A stretch of 63,775 bases of DNA, counting the filler, from Kipferlia bialata (Eukaryota): NCBI GenBank assembly GCA_003568945.1. It is 4 parts of 4 records of this genome, joined end to end, with 100 filler letters (N's around TTAATTAATTAA, not from the genome) between each part and the next. Parts side by side here need not be neighbours in the genome. Positions count along the whole stretch, not along the records: positions 1 to 24,054 come from BDIP01000241.1; 3 more parts are not named here. One strand, 5' to 3'. Below the pieces are notes generated by a model that was not told the DNA's origin, ran no database searches, and saw only the letters and a list, made by a program, of their open reading frames with translations. Positions 1 to 13,300 of this stretch are shown one piece after another. Both the position numbers and the translations under genes were made by a program. Every line of letters starts with the position of its first letter. Position 1 is the first letter of the stretch.

Positions 1-2967
1 CCCTGCCCAAGCCTCTCTTCTTCATGCACCACACACACAAGGAGAGCCACAAGCCTGGGTCTCGCTCCACACTCAACTACTTTGAGTCTCAATGGCTGGT
101 CAACCTGATACCCGTGCTCTGTGGCAATGGGTACAAGCCGTCAGACATCACCATCATTGCACTCTACAAGGGCCAGATGTTCCAGGTTAGTCACTATACT
201 TCTATGCACCTGATACTAATGCAAATTCTTGCCGCTCATATCAGATCATGAAGGACATCGAAGCTCTCAGGCAGCGTATTGTTGATCATGAGAGCACCCA
301 CCCCAGTCTGCAAGTGCTGCGGTGTCCTGTGGAGTCCCTCAAGGAGGTGCAGGTGGGAGAGTCCTTTGAATCATGATGTGACCGTTCATCAGCACATTCT
401 CATTCCGATTGATTATGATTAGACACTACCTCCTACCTATTGCTGATATCCAGATTGTGAATCTGGACGACTTCCAGGGCCAGGAGAACAAGGTCATTCT
501 GGTCTCTCTTACTCGGTCTGACCGTCTTGGCTTTGTGAGGGAGAAGAACCGTGTACTTGTCACACTGTCAAGGGCCAAGGAGGTGATGATTGTGTGTGGA
601 CACGAGTTCTTCACCCAGACTGAGAACAAGGTGTGGCATTACGTCTCCCAACACTTCTTGGCCTCTGGGGACCCTTTGACCGGCATGGGTCCTGGCCTCC
701 CCATAGGCTGCACCAAGCACCTCAACACTCTCAACTACAGTGACCCCAAGCAGCTCAGTAGCCTCACCGGCCTTGCCCTGGGTGGGTGTACGGAGCAGTG
801 TGCCACTCGACTGGTGTGTGGCCACATCTGCCCCCTCACGTGCCACGGCCCTGACCACTCCCCAGAGTCTGGGTTCAAGTGCCAGCACCGGTGTGCGGGG
901 GAGTGTGATAGAGGGCACCGGTGTCGGGCGCCTTGTCACAAGTGCCAGGCTGCCAAGGGATGTGTGCCCTGTACAGTAGCCGTTGACACTGTCTTCCCCT
1001 GCGGTCATACCTCATCAGTGCCCTGCCACAAGGTGGATGGCTGCCCCCCTGCCCCCACCCATGTGGCAGGACCATGCAGTGTGGACACCTCTGCCGTCTA
1101 CCCTGCGGCCATGCCGCAGAGGAGGGCTCGCAGTGCAGTGGCATATGCGAGGAGAGGATCATCGTGACCTGCCCAACCTGTGAGCGTAAGTACCGCCAGA
1201 AGTGCTCTGTCATTTCTCAGCTTGGTCTAGCAGGTGCCTGTCCATACCCGTGTCCAGAGGACCTGCCCTGCAAGCACAGCTGCCCGGGCAGGTGTGGGGT
1301 GTGTACCAGGAAGGGACATGCGAAGTGCAAGGCCACACACCACAGGTTCCTCGGCTGCGGTGAGTGATATCTGAATGCAGCTGTTAATCCCATATAACTT
1401 CAAGTATGTATTGTGTTTTGCACTCACCCTTTAGGTCACTTGTGTGGGGATACTTGTGGGCACTCTGGAGCCTGTGTGTGCAAGCACCCATGCGACATAT
1501 CTACCTGCAGCCATGGGAAGTGCCCTGCACCCTGCTCCCACGAGTGCCCAAGGTGCCAGGCCCCATGCTCCATACGGTGCAGGCACAAGAAGTGCACTAG
1601 GCTGTGCTGCGAGGAGTGTGACAGGCTACCATGTGACAAACCGTGTAGGAGGCGTCTCCGCTGTGGGTGTGTGTGCCGGGGCCTCTGTGGGGAGGCCTGT
1701 CCCCCCTGTCCCACCCATGACAAGGAGGCATACAAGGGCATGCAGAGTGTCATGGATATGTGCCCCCTTCTGGAGGTGCTAGAGGAGGACCCAGAGGCGC
1801 GTGTGTACTACATGCCCACCTGCAAGCACTCCTTCCTCGTGGATGAGCTGGATCAGACCATAAGGGTGAGGGAGAAGGACATTCACGACAACGGGGAGCT
1901 GACTAATGTGGCTCTACTGTGTCCTCACGGAGACTGTCGTGAGAGGCTGACCCTGGCCAACGCCCCAAGGTACCAGAGGGTGGTGAGAGAGGTAGCAAAG
2001 AGACTGAACAAGGCCAAGAGGCTGGCCAGAGAGAGAGAGAGAGAGCTCCAGGCTGCACAGCAAGGTGAACTGACAAGTGAGGAGTTTGCAGAGGTGAAGC
2101 GTGCCATGATTGGAGATGTGATGGGCGCAGTTGAGGGACACTGGTTCGAACACGACTGTGGCTGTACATACTTCATAGCAGACTGTGGGGGTGCCACGGT
2201 GCAGTCAGTTTGCCCAAGTTGTGGGGGAACACTAGGTAGGCATTTCAGCCAACAGTGTATTCTATCATATGATATAGTGTGCTTGAGTTCGGGTATTCTC
2301 ACTTCTAGGAGGTCGCGATCACACTCTGACCGAGGGCAACAAGCAGTCCCACCTAGACGCTGGCTCTCACATGGCATGGCGGGCTATGGAGACAGGACCC
2401 AAGATCAAAGACACGCTGACAGAGAGGGAGAAGGCAGAGAGACTGGCCAAGCTGAGGGGAACTGGTGAGGAGAGGCGTCGTAGAGAGATTGAGGCCATGA
2501 CTGCCCATGTGGCTGAGGCCCAGAGACATCGCCTACAGGAGGCCATCCGTGCCGCAGACAGGGGGGAGGGGATGTCCCGCGAGGACTTCTGTGTGATCAA
2601 TGGCCAGCCTGTGCCTGACAACATAGGAATGCAGCCTGGTGGCGGTCAGGGTGGAGGTGGTGGACAATCCGCCCCCAAGCAGAAGGGAAAGGGCAGAGGC
2701 AGGGGTAGGGGTAAGGGTAAGGGGAGGAGAGGATCAGGGGGTAAGGGTGCGTCTCGGGAGGCAGGAACAAGGGCCCTAGGAGACACTCAGAGAGACCAAG
2801 TGGAAGGTGAGAGAAGGAGGAGAGGCAGAGGAAGGAGAGGTAGTAGTAGAGGAGGGAGGGGACCCCGGCCACCTCAGGATGGTGGAAGGGGTGGTGGGAG
2901 AGAGACGGGGAGAGGGAGAGGGAGAGGGAGACTGGACCACAGACGGAGAGAGGAAAGGAGGGAGTGA
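1..2967 (+). CDS. ZNFX1: ZNFX1-like SF1 helicase with NF-X1 zinc fingers, RING-like and RZ-finger domains, and RG-rich tail (5' partial)
   Basis: Upf1-like C-terminal motifs (IIALYKGQ, NLDDFQGQENKVILVSLTRS..GF, NRVLVTLSRAK), many CGHxCxxxCH repeats and an RZ finger GHWFEHDCGCTYFIADCGG..CPSCGGTLGGRDH. GT-AG introns at 186-244, 353-453, 1360-1434 and 2236-2308. One frameshift in the C-run at 1044-1049. Confidence 0.9.
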
Positions 2968-3415
2968 GTGAGACATATGTGTATGCGTGTGTATATACTT
3001 GTATACAGTGTCACACAGCTGCATGTTTTGACTACTGTATTGCATATATATGAGTTACATGTGTGTGTGCAACTCTCATGATTGTGGTGGAGTGGACTTC
3101 GTGTCTGCTCCTCTACTCTTGTGGGATTCACTCATATATAGTGATTCATTGTGTGTGTGCAAGTGGCATGCAGTATTGTGTTGTGTATCATTGTATATGT
3201 TTGGTGACCACATATACTGCGATGCAAGATAATAGAGAGAGATATATTAGTGTCTATTTGTGGTATGTGATATAAGCGGCACTATTACAGTCTCCCTCAC
3301 AATATGTTGGGGGATGTAGTTGTTAGAATAGTACACAGTTCCCGAACCAGAGGATTTCCACTCACTTCTCTATTTGAGTATTGGGATATAGAGAGACTGT
3401 GTCCCGTAAGCATGT

Positions 3416-4791
3416 TCACTCCAGGGGAAGGATCCTGCCGAACCAGAGGAAGTCGTGGGAGTTCTTCTGAAGGATAAGAAGTGCAACTATTCATACATAA
3501 ACAACAATGCATACCATATATATATATATAAATACACTAGTATACCTCGTAGACCTCTGTGATTCCGTACTCCTCCTCGGGCACTCCCTCGGCACACAGC
3601 CTGTCCTTGCTGGGGTGAGAAGAGGGGGGGAGGGGGGGAGGGGGGGGGGCATAGAGGAAAACAGATAGAGTGAGTGAGAGCAATGTATATATATCTCAAA
3701 TTACTCGGGTCATTGGGAAAGAACTGGAATAGTATATAGAGTAGGAATACCACTCCCGTACCCCTCCTTGACCATCTCCTCCTCCATGGGCACAATGTAA
3801 TCACAGCTCTTGGGGTACACCTGGGGTGGGACTGAGTAAGGACTGATCAAATATGAATGTACATATCAATACACTGTGTCATCTCTCTCTGGGTACACCT
3901 GGGGTGGGACAAGGGCTAGTTAAAATACATATATACAGACTTGTACTAGACACTTACCCTCATGATGTTGACGATTATGCTCAGCATGGTGCGGCAAGGC
4001 ATGTGCACTCCAATCTTGGTGCCACCCTGCAGGATACCAGCCTCAAGGCCTACTTATTAGGGGTGACAATATCGTAGTATAGTACATATAACAATCATAT
4101 ATTGTATATAATATAGTACCACCCTGCCGGATACCAGCCTCAAGAACTTAGCAAGAGGAATAGAGGAAAAATAGAATGTATATAGTGAATGCACTATATG
4201 TATCCATACCCTCCACTCCGTCCAGGGCCTTGGCCTCAGCCTCTGTCACCACATTGCCAACTAGCCAGCGGAGGTCCTCCTGGGGTAAGGGCATATACAT
4301 ATATATTGCAGCACGTATTAAATACTGTGAATGGCTGTCAAATACACCACGTGAAGGTATCCTTCTTACGTGTGTCATGGATGTATAAAGTAGTGAGTGA
4401 GTTGACAGTGCAAATCCAACAGCGGGACTCGATTATACAAATTGAGGGGGGGGGGGGGGGGGGGCAGACACAGAGAGATAGGGGAAGAGAGAGACATACC
4501 TTGGGCACGGTCTTGGGGTCACTGTAGTAGAGTCCGAAGCCGACATCACTGGGATCAGGGGACATAAATATGGAAACAATATCATCATTGGCAATGAGGA
4601 GATGCACAACCGGTCAGAGCGACAGAGCATCATGAGAATTATCCCAGTGTATATATGTATATATGTATATATGTATATATGTATATATGTGTATATGTGT
4701 ATATTATAGCAAGAGATCAGTGTCACAATATATCAGGCACTCACCAGTTGACATTGTGCTTCTTGAGGATGGCCTCAACCTCCATGCAGAC
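3416..4791 (-). CDS. TEX264-like GyrI-domain protein (5' partial, about 7 exons)
   Basis: Spliced: VCMEVEAILKKHNVNCDVGFGLYYSDPKTVPK|EDLRWLVGNVV...|..MLSIIVNIMR|VYPK...|..GITEVYE|KNSHDFLWFGRILPLE*. Resembles the TEX264 motifs YYDxPxxVP..R..VG, LSI....RVYP and EIY. Confidence 0.65.
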
Positions 4792-5047
4792 CTGGAATAA
4801 GGAACATGTACTAATATATGTATATATATATAGAGAGAGAGAGAGAATATCGAGGATGGCCTCAACCTCCATGCAGACCTGCAGTAAGGTATATGTACGT
4901 ATGCATATATGTATATATAGAGAGAGAGAGAGAGAATCAAGGACGGCATCGGCATCCATGCAGACTTTGGACTGAGATGTGAATATATATACAATAGAGA
5001 GAGGGGAGGAGGGATGAGACAGCATGTCCCAAGGAATGAGCGGGAAT

Positions 5048-5081
<34 letters not shown>

Positions 5082-5419
5082 TATGAAAAGGATGAGAACA
5101 TGACAGAGAGATCCCTAGGGGAGAATATACAGCACAGAGAGTACATGAGGACTTCTGGATGGAGACTACGGTGGTAAGGAGCGAATGACATGCCATATTT
5201 ACATATTCATTATTATATTTATATATTCATATGGCTACACAGGGTATGTGTGTAGCACGACATTGAGTAGTAGTGGCAGATCCCGTATATATGAGGCATA
5301 TCAAAAAATATATACCACCCATAGGGTGAAAGAGTGCAAACCAGGAGTCAGATTTGGTCTACACACACATGGTAAATACATCATATAACAGTGCTCATAC
5401 TCACACCACATCTACCCAC

Positions 5420-5798
5420 CTGCTCCGATTGAGCTGTCTGCGTATATGGGCTTGAGGGTGCAGTCTACCCCAACCCTGACAGAGAGAGAGACCACCACGT
5501 TGTTCATGAGACAGGCAATGACTGGGGACCCCTCCCTGTCGTACTTGGCCATCACAGCAGCAAGGGTCTTGGCCTTGTGCACGTCGAGCTGGTCGTCCTC
5601 GTCCACCCCGTACATACTGGCAGTCACAGAGGTGCGGTCCATGGGGGTCTTGGGCCGGCTCTCCCTCCCAGAGGCACTGCTGCCGGTGCTCGAGGTCAGC
5701 AGGGAAAGACCGTCGATCCCGGTCTGGCCGTTGTCGACGCTCAGGCGCCGGGGGGCGAGGTGCGAGGCCTCCAAAAGCGCATTCAACTGGTTCGGCAT
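5420..5798 (-). CDS. First exon of a hypothetical gene; continuation cannot be traced past the poly-G at 5048
   Basis: GC-rich ORF MPNQLNALLEASHL... ending at a donor CAG|GTGGGT. Confidence 0.5.
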
Positions 5799-6142
5799 TG
5801 GATACGGCGGGTAAAGAGGAGAGTGGGGCAGTTGTCTCTAGCTGGTCTGGATCTTTCTCGAGGCAACGCTGACTAAAGGGTGCAGACCAAAAATGACAAA
5901 CGGCTAAAGGTCCTCTATGAGGTCACAATGCATGTATTACCTGAATATAGTCTACACAGAATTATATATAGTATAACAGGTACAAAATCTGGTTTATTCA
6001 GAAAATTTGAGTGACCCCACATATTTCTCCTGACCACAGAGGTAGAGATCTATCTCTCTTGGCAATCCAAGTTGGCATCCAACCAACCTCCACCACTACT
6101 GGAAAACCATAGAGTCTCTCTCTTCTCTAGAACCGATTACCC

Positions 6143-9100
6143 TCAGTATCCTCTCACGTTTGCTAACAGGCTGCCAACCCTGAGAAGTCTGGCAAAGGGA
6201 GCCTGCTGGCCATCCTGAAGTCAGTATATGTAAATATATATATACACACATAAATATATAACACACATATATATACAATAATGAAGCCTAACACGTCATC
6301 TTAGACCCTGATATTGACCCTGATACTGTTAGGCCATCCTGTAATATAGGAAAGAGACCAACATATGACATTTTGTTCATGAGAGAGAGAGAGGGGAAGA
6401 AGGGAATCCAACCTGTGCCACCAGTAGGAGACTCTGCCCCTCAGAGGCGTCTGAGACGTTTGACGCGTGTGAGACGTCAACCACAGGCAACAGGTGGACG
6501 GTGTTACCAGAAGCATATCTGAAGTAAAAGAGGGATAAATTCATCATGTGCTCACACATATACACTCATCTATTGTGCATTAACATGCATTGCAATGCAC
6601 ATATCTTGTTGTGCAGTGTGGGCGATATATAGAGTGTGTAGATATATATATAAACATATGCACACATATGTCGTGAGTTGTCAGTAGTGTTTACTAAATT
6701 GTACATACGCATAACAAAATGTATATATTTATGTCAATACACCAGTTGTGCATCTTGAGGTGTGGGATGGGCACACATCCATATACATATATATATATAT
6801 GGGTGTATCTGTGTACATATATGCACATACCTGTTGTGCATCGTGAGGTGTGGGATGGGCACACATCCATATATATATATACATATATATATATGTGTGT
6901 GTGTATGTATATATATATACCCATACCTGTTGTGCATGCTCAGGTGTGGGATGGGCACCGATACTGCCAGTTCCCATCCATCATGGCCTGAGGGGTCAGT
7001 ATCAGTATCAGTATAGTATACTATATGGAATGTAAATATTACAGTATCCGTTACGGATATGTCGTATCAGTTTCATTACCGTCTCTTTCATAAATTGTGT
7101 ATCTGGTCCCTCGTACTACTACAGCACCTACTCTTACAGTCTCGCTACTATCCTATCAGTATGTTTACCTATGGTGTCCAAGCAGTACACTGAGAGGTGG
7201 GCAGAGTCGGAGTCTCTACCGGCTAGGAAGAAGTACCTTCAGTTAGACAGGGTGGGGGAGAGGGGGAGTGACAGGTGGTTTTACACAAATGTACGCAATA
7301 TGTATCTCTACACAAATACCCATTCCTCTCCCCATTGCTGCCTGCTTATAATCTCACTGATGAAATATATAGTATACATACACACACACACACATATACA
7401 TACATGTATGTCTATACACGTACCTCCCCACCGCTGCCACTCCGTAGTGTCTGATGTCCTCAGGGGGTACCTCAGGGGCGGTGTACTCACCTAGACGTCA
7501 GTATATAGTATATATATATGCAGATAATAGTATACATGTGTATAGAGTATTGTTATGTGGTACGGTCAGCATATGTTCCCTATCTAACTATACTAGTAAA
7601 TCCAAATGGTTCAATATACATTGCCGATCTCATGCAATTATGTATGAAATACCTGTCTCCGTGTGGTGTGTCTTATGGAACAGTGTCAGACACTACCTTT
7701 GTATACATTCATACTGTATATATGTTCTTATAGTATACATGAATTGTGTTACCTATCTCCATGTGGTATGCACATATGTATCATAGAACAGTCACATAAT
7801 TGTCTTCGTTGTCAATATGACAAAAACATACAATGTATAGTATATATATGTGAGTATATGGTGTTACCTATCTCCATGTGATGTGCACATATGCTATGGT
7901 TCCTGCCGATGAAGACATGGGAGACGTCGGGGCTGGAGGGGTCAGAGGAAACAGGGAACACAACGACATGTATATACTTATGTATATACTCACATACATG
8001 AATGGGTCTCTGACACTCCTTGTCACAGGACCATTATGTATGTACAAGTATGCATATATATTTATACATATTGGTGTATGTATGTATGTTTATACATACA
8101 TACCTGTAGGGGTCTGTGACACTCCTAGATCCAGACCATTAGGTGTATATCCATACCATGGTACTGTATGACACAATGTATATACTTACCTGTATGGATC
8201 ATTGACACTCCTAGTCCCAGGGCCCCCATAGCTGTTACCCTGGTCACAGCAATCCTTGTGCACAGGGGACATGCAGTACCAGGAGAGCTGAGAGTCAGTG
8301 TTGTATACAATGCGGAAGGAGTATATATAGTATATAGTATATAGTATATGTTGAGTATATATCAGATGGGCCTTGTGCACAGGGGACATGCAGTACCAGG
8401 AGAGCTGAGAGTCAGGAATCTTACACGTCTAGATTATACACATCACATACACAAATATAAGAATATGATTGTATATAGTACATATGTTGGAGTATATATC
8501 AGATGGGCCTTGAGGGGACATACAGTACCAGTAACAATGTGTATTTATACATCGAGTGCATATATACCTTGTCCCCCCCTGGCACCGTGTCCAGTGCCCA
8601 TATGGCATTGCTCTTGTATATATACAAATGTCATATACACTTATACACATCAACCAACTGTATATACATACCTGGTCAACCCTTCCTGGCACCGTGTCAA
8701 GTGCCCATATGGCATTGGTCTTCAGAGTGTCCACAGCCACACAGGCCACACACCCATGGGAGGTGAAGGCGGCTGTGATCAGAGAAGAAGGTATACATAC
8801 ATGAAAATGGCATGATATATATCACTATTCACACAGGGCAGCTCTCATGAGAAGTGAAGGCAGCTGGGGGAAGGAAGAGACTATCATATATATGTATATA
8901 TAGGTATGTATATATATATATTTACATTACTTTGCTATATCAATCATATTGACACAGATCTTACATCTATGGGATGTAAAGGCGGCTATAAGGTCAGATA
9001 CATAAATGTATGTGTGTATATGAATATATATATGGTTATGGCATGATATATCTCGATGTGCAGGCTCACATAGTGTGTTGCGTATCAACACTATAGATGA

Positions 9101-10154
9101 CACAGATATATACATATATATATGTGTGGGTGTACATATATGTTCATAGTACGATAATAATGTCTCATGCACACTCACATAGCACGCTGTTGACGGTCGG
9201 TGTGTACACAGGTGTGACCTCTGTCCACTCATAGGTGGAGAGGTCAAGGACAAGGGTACAGAGGGGGGTGGGGACAGTGTTATAGCTAGGGTGAGATATA
9301 CGCCAAGTATAGAAGAGAGAGAGAGAGAGAGAAAGACGAAGAACGGGGCTTAGTGGAGTAGGGACAGTGGTGTAACTTGGGTCAGGTAGAGACTCTAGAG
9401 CTAGGAGAGAGAGAGAAAGGGAGATAGAGCGATTTGTAAAGATGGGGTAAGCGGCAAACTTGGAGTCGGAGAAGCCACAAGCACGGAAACACCTCCAAAT
9501 AGGGAATATTCTTATAGAAGACCAAATAAATACTAATATACAATTGAACTACTCACTCGTTGCGTCTTGGCCCCGCACAGAGGAAGTACACACTCCCACC
9601 CTGCACAACCATCTTAGAGGCAGCGAGAACCCTGAGCACAGTGTTGACAGCAGTGACGTCCCCTGAGTTAGATAGAACGCAGACCCGTATATTGATATGT
9701 ATATACATTCATATGTAATAGAGGCAACTAGGATACTGAGCACAGTGTTGACATCAGTGGCAGACCCTGACATGAGACAACGGTATATATAGAATCTATT
9801 ATCAATATATACATGTATATGTGTGGGTGTCTTTGTATAATTAGGCAGCCTCTGTGCAAGTCAAAAATCAAAAGAATATCACATATGAAGAGAATCGGTC
9901 TCTAAACAGAACTAGAAGACACTAATCTCTATATAAACTAATATATACAAGATATATATATATGGTAAGGTATATAGGTAACGTAAATACTGATACTCAT
10001 ACACATGTGTATCTATCTATATATATATACATGTGTTCCCACCAGTAGGAGTTCTCAAATGTATAAATAAATTTATATATGTGTCTATCCTATACCCATA
10101 CCTATACGACTCTGAGTTAGTATATGCACACATATGTATATGTATAATTCTTGC

Positions 10155-10188
<34 letters not shown>

Positions 10189-10289
10189 TTATACTCATAC
10201 ATATGCACCGAGGCAGGGGCAGGGGGCAGTTGTGTATACAAACATATATATCTATATATATTACGAATACTCTGATACCTATGGCAATA

Positions 10290-10320
<31 letters not shown>

Positions 10321-13300
10321 CTGATATTTATATATATACTGATACCTATGGACTTAGGCAGGGGCAGGGGGCTGAAGGACAGCTTGGTGATACCACTGGG
10401 GGTGCTAGAGGTACTAGTGGCACAGAGAGTAGTGATGCCGAAGGAGTGTGAGACAGTCTGACCTAAGGTTATACATGAGAATGTATGATTTACAATTACA
10501 TATACATATATATATTGAGAGAGAGAGAGAGAAAAAATATAGTGGGAGGCAGTCTGACATTAGGGTGAGGATAACATGGGTATATATACATATATACACT
10601 ACTATAGTATTAATGTCATACTATATAGATACTATGACTTACTCATGTATATACATAATGCCATAAGTAATGTCATATGTATATATATGTATACCTGCTC
10701 TTGGATCTTGGCACTCTAATCTAATATGTATTACTATATGAGAATATTCATAATATGTATATTGTCATTAATATGTATATATATATACATACCTGCGCTT
10801 GGGTCTTGGTACCTAATTTAATATGAATTACTAGATTTCAATATATATGAGAATATTCAAAATATGTATATTGTCATTAATACATATATATATAGATACA
10901 AACCTGTCCTTGGTAGTCTACCTCTTCACATATAGATACATACCTGCGCTTGGGTCTTGGTACCCAACGACAAGGGACAGGTACTGGGGGTGAGAGACGC
11001 AATACAATATGTAGAATAATAAATGAATGTCAATATATACTCAGTGTAACAATAATAACAATGGTATTACTAATGAAGATGACAGTTATTGGGGGTGAGA
11101 CGCAGTAGTACCAAATGTGTATGTAATATAGTGTGATACATATGAATTATACCAAGGTGCTTTAAGCTTTAATATATATAGTACAGTATTAATATGTATG
11201 TATAGTATATGTGTCGTATATATACCCGGTTGTTGCCTATTGGCACCATCTGTTCCCACACCCTGGGCAGCCTCTTGCCATCCTCAACTGGGGGTTAGAC
11301 ATACATATTGTAACCATGTATATACTGAATACATATACATATGTTGTATATATATGCAATACCTAGGGGCATGTCCACACTGGCCACTAGGGATTCTATT
11401 ACACATTATACATTATGCATATGATATATATATATATATACTACTATAGCTAGGGGTACATATATACTATTATTGCATACCTAGAGGTATGTCCACACTG
11501 GCCACAAGGGCTGACCCCGGAGACATGGCATCTGGGGTAAGGATTTATATGAATATATATATATATATATAGACTACACAGGAAATATATTAGTGTGTAG
11601 ACAAATGCATACATGTATATATATATATGACTCGCGAGACATGGCATATTATATATTATATAATTATACATTTATATAATTATACATATATATATATATA
11701 TATACATATATAACTATATTATTATATATATACTAAAAATTAAATAAAATATACATGACTCGGGAGACATGGCGACTGAGGCTTAGGGAACATAGTACAT
11801 GTAGATATATATGAACATATGAATAGTACATTTTATACTATGCATCTACCCACCCTCACCTTCGGCTGTCTGGAACCTCTTGGCAGGCAGTGGCAGTGGT
11901 TCATCTTCGACACCTGGGATAGAGAAAGGGGGAAGGCCACGCGGTACAGCAACTGTTGGTGAGACATCAAATATATATATATGAATATATACATCATATA
12001 CATCTAAACATGTGGTTCTTTCTATTCATATATATGGTGTAATATATATGAAACTGCATATACGTATACACGGCCACGCGGTACAACCACTATTGGTCAG
12101 ACAAGTATACTTTGTAGCCACAATATACACATAATCATCATCAAAAAGAGTATGCGATCAAACTGTAGTACTATTGGTATAGTAAAGGCAAACAAGTGGT
12201 TCACTGTATTCCACTATACGGTATGTGTATAAATACGGCATATCTATATATACTACCTATGTATATACGCTTTTCATATATAGATAGCATATAAATACAC
12301 TGCACATCAATCATTACGACACCAGTGTTATACAACCATCATATTACTCACCCAGTCTAGGCCCGTGTGCCTCTTCAGACGAAGACTCTGAACTATCCTC
12401 CTCTCCCTCTTCCTCTCCCTCTTCCTCTCCCTCTTCCTCTTCCTCTCCCTCTCCCTCTTCCTCGGACGCATCATCGTCATCCTCGTAGTATGATTGTGAG
12501 AATTCCATACTATCCTGGGGGTGAGATGTATATATTATATTGAGGTTGTATTTCAAAGAATATCTATAAATACATAGATGTATAGCTCTATATTCACGCT
12601 CCTCACTATCCTCCACATCCGAGTCAGTCTCATCGCTGTCTACGGGAGCTGCCCAGACCATAGAGGACAGCTTGAAAGATATGCATTCCCTGAGGTTACG
12701 CACTGTATGAATATAGTTATATATATATAATGTCCAGTCCATAGAGGACAGCTTGGAAGATATGCATTCCCTGAGGTTACGCACTGTATGAATATAGTTA
12801 TATATATATACATGTCCAGTCCATAGAGGACAGCTTGGTGCATACACTCTCTCTGAGAGTATTAGCTATGATGGAGTATATCTATATGAGTAGTACACAT
12901 AAATCCATGTACATATCTAGAAGGCGCTGGCACAGCTTGAAGCATACACAGTCCCTTGGGTAGGGAGCGTAAATATAGATATGTATATATATAGAGAGAG
13001 GGAGAGATAGTTACAGATTGGAGCATACACACTCTCTGAGTCTGTTAGCTATCTTAAAGTGTGTATATGTGTATATATGTGTATGTGTGTGTGTGCATGG
13101 AAGGCGGAGACATGCAGTCATGTATAGAACTATACATATCTATACATACTCACATATATATATATAGTATTATAGTGTATATACAGTATATTTCACCTCA
13201 TGACTGTAGGTGTGTCTGCATACATATATAGATATATATATATATATATACCTGATGACTGTCGGTGTGTCTGCATGTAAGGCTGAGACACGCACTGTCT

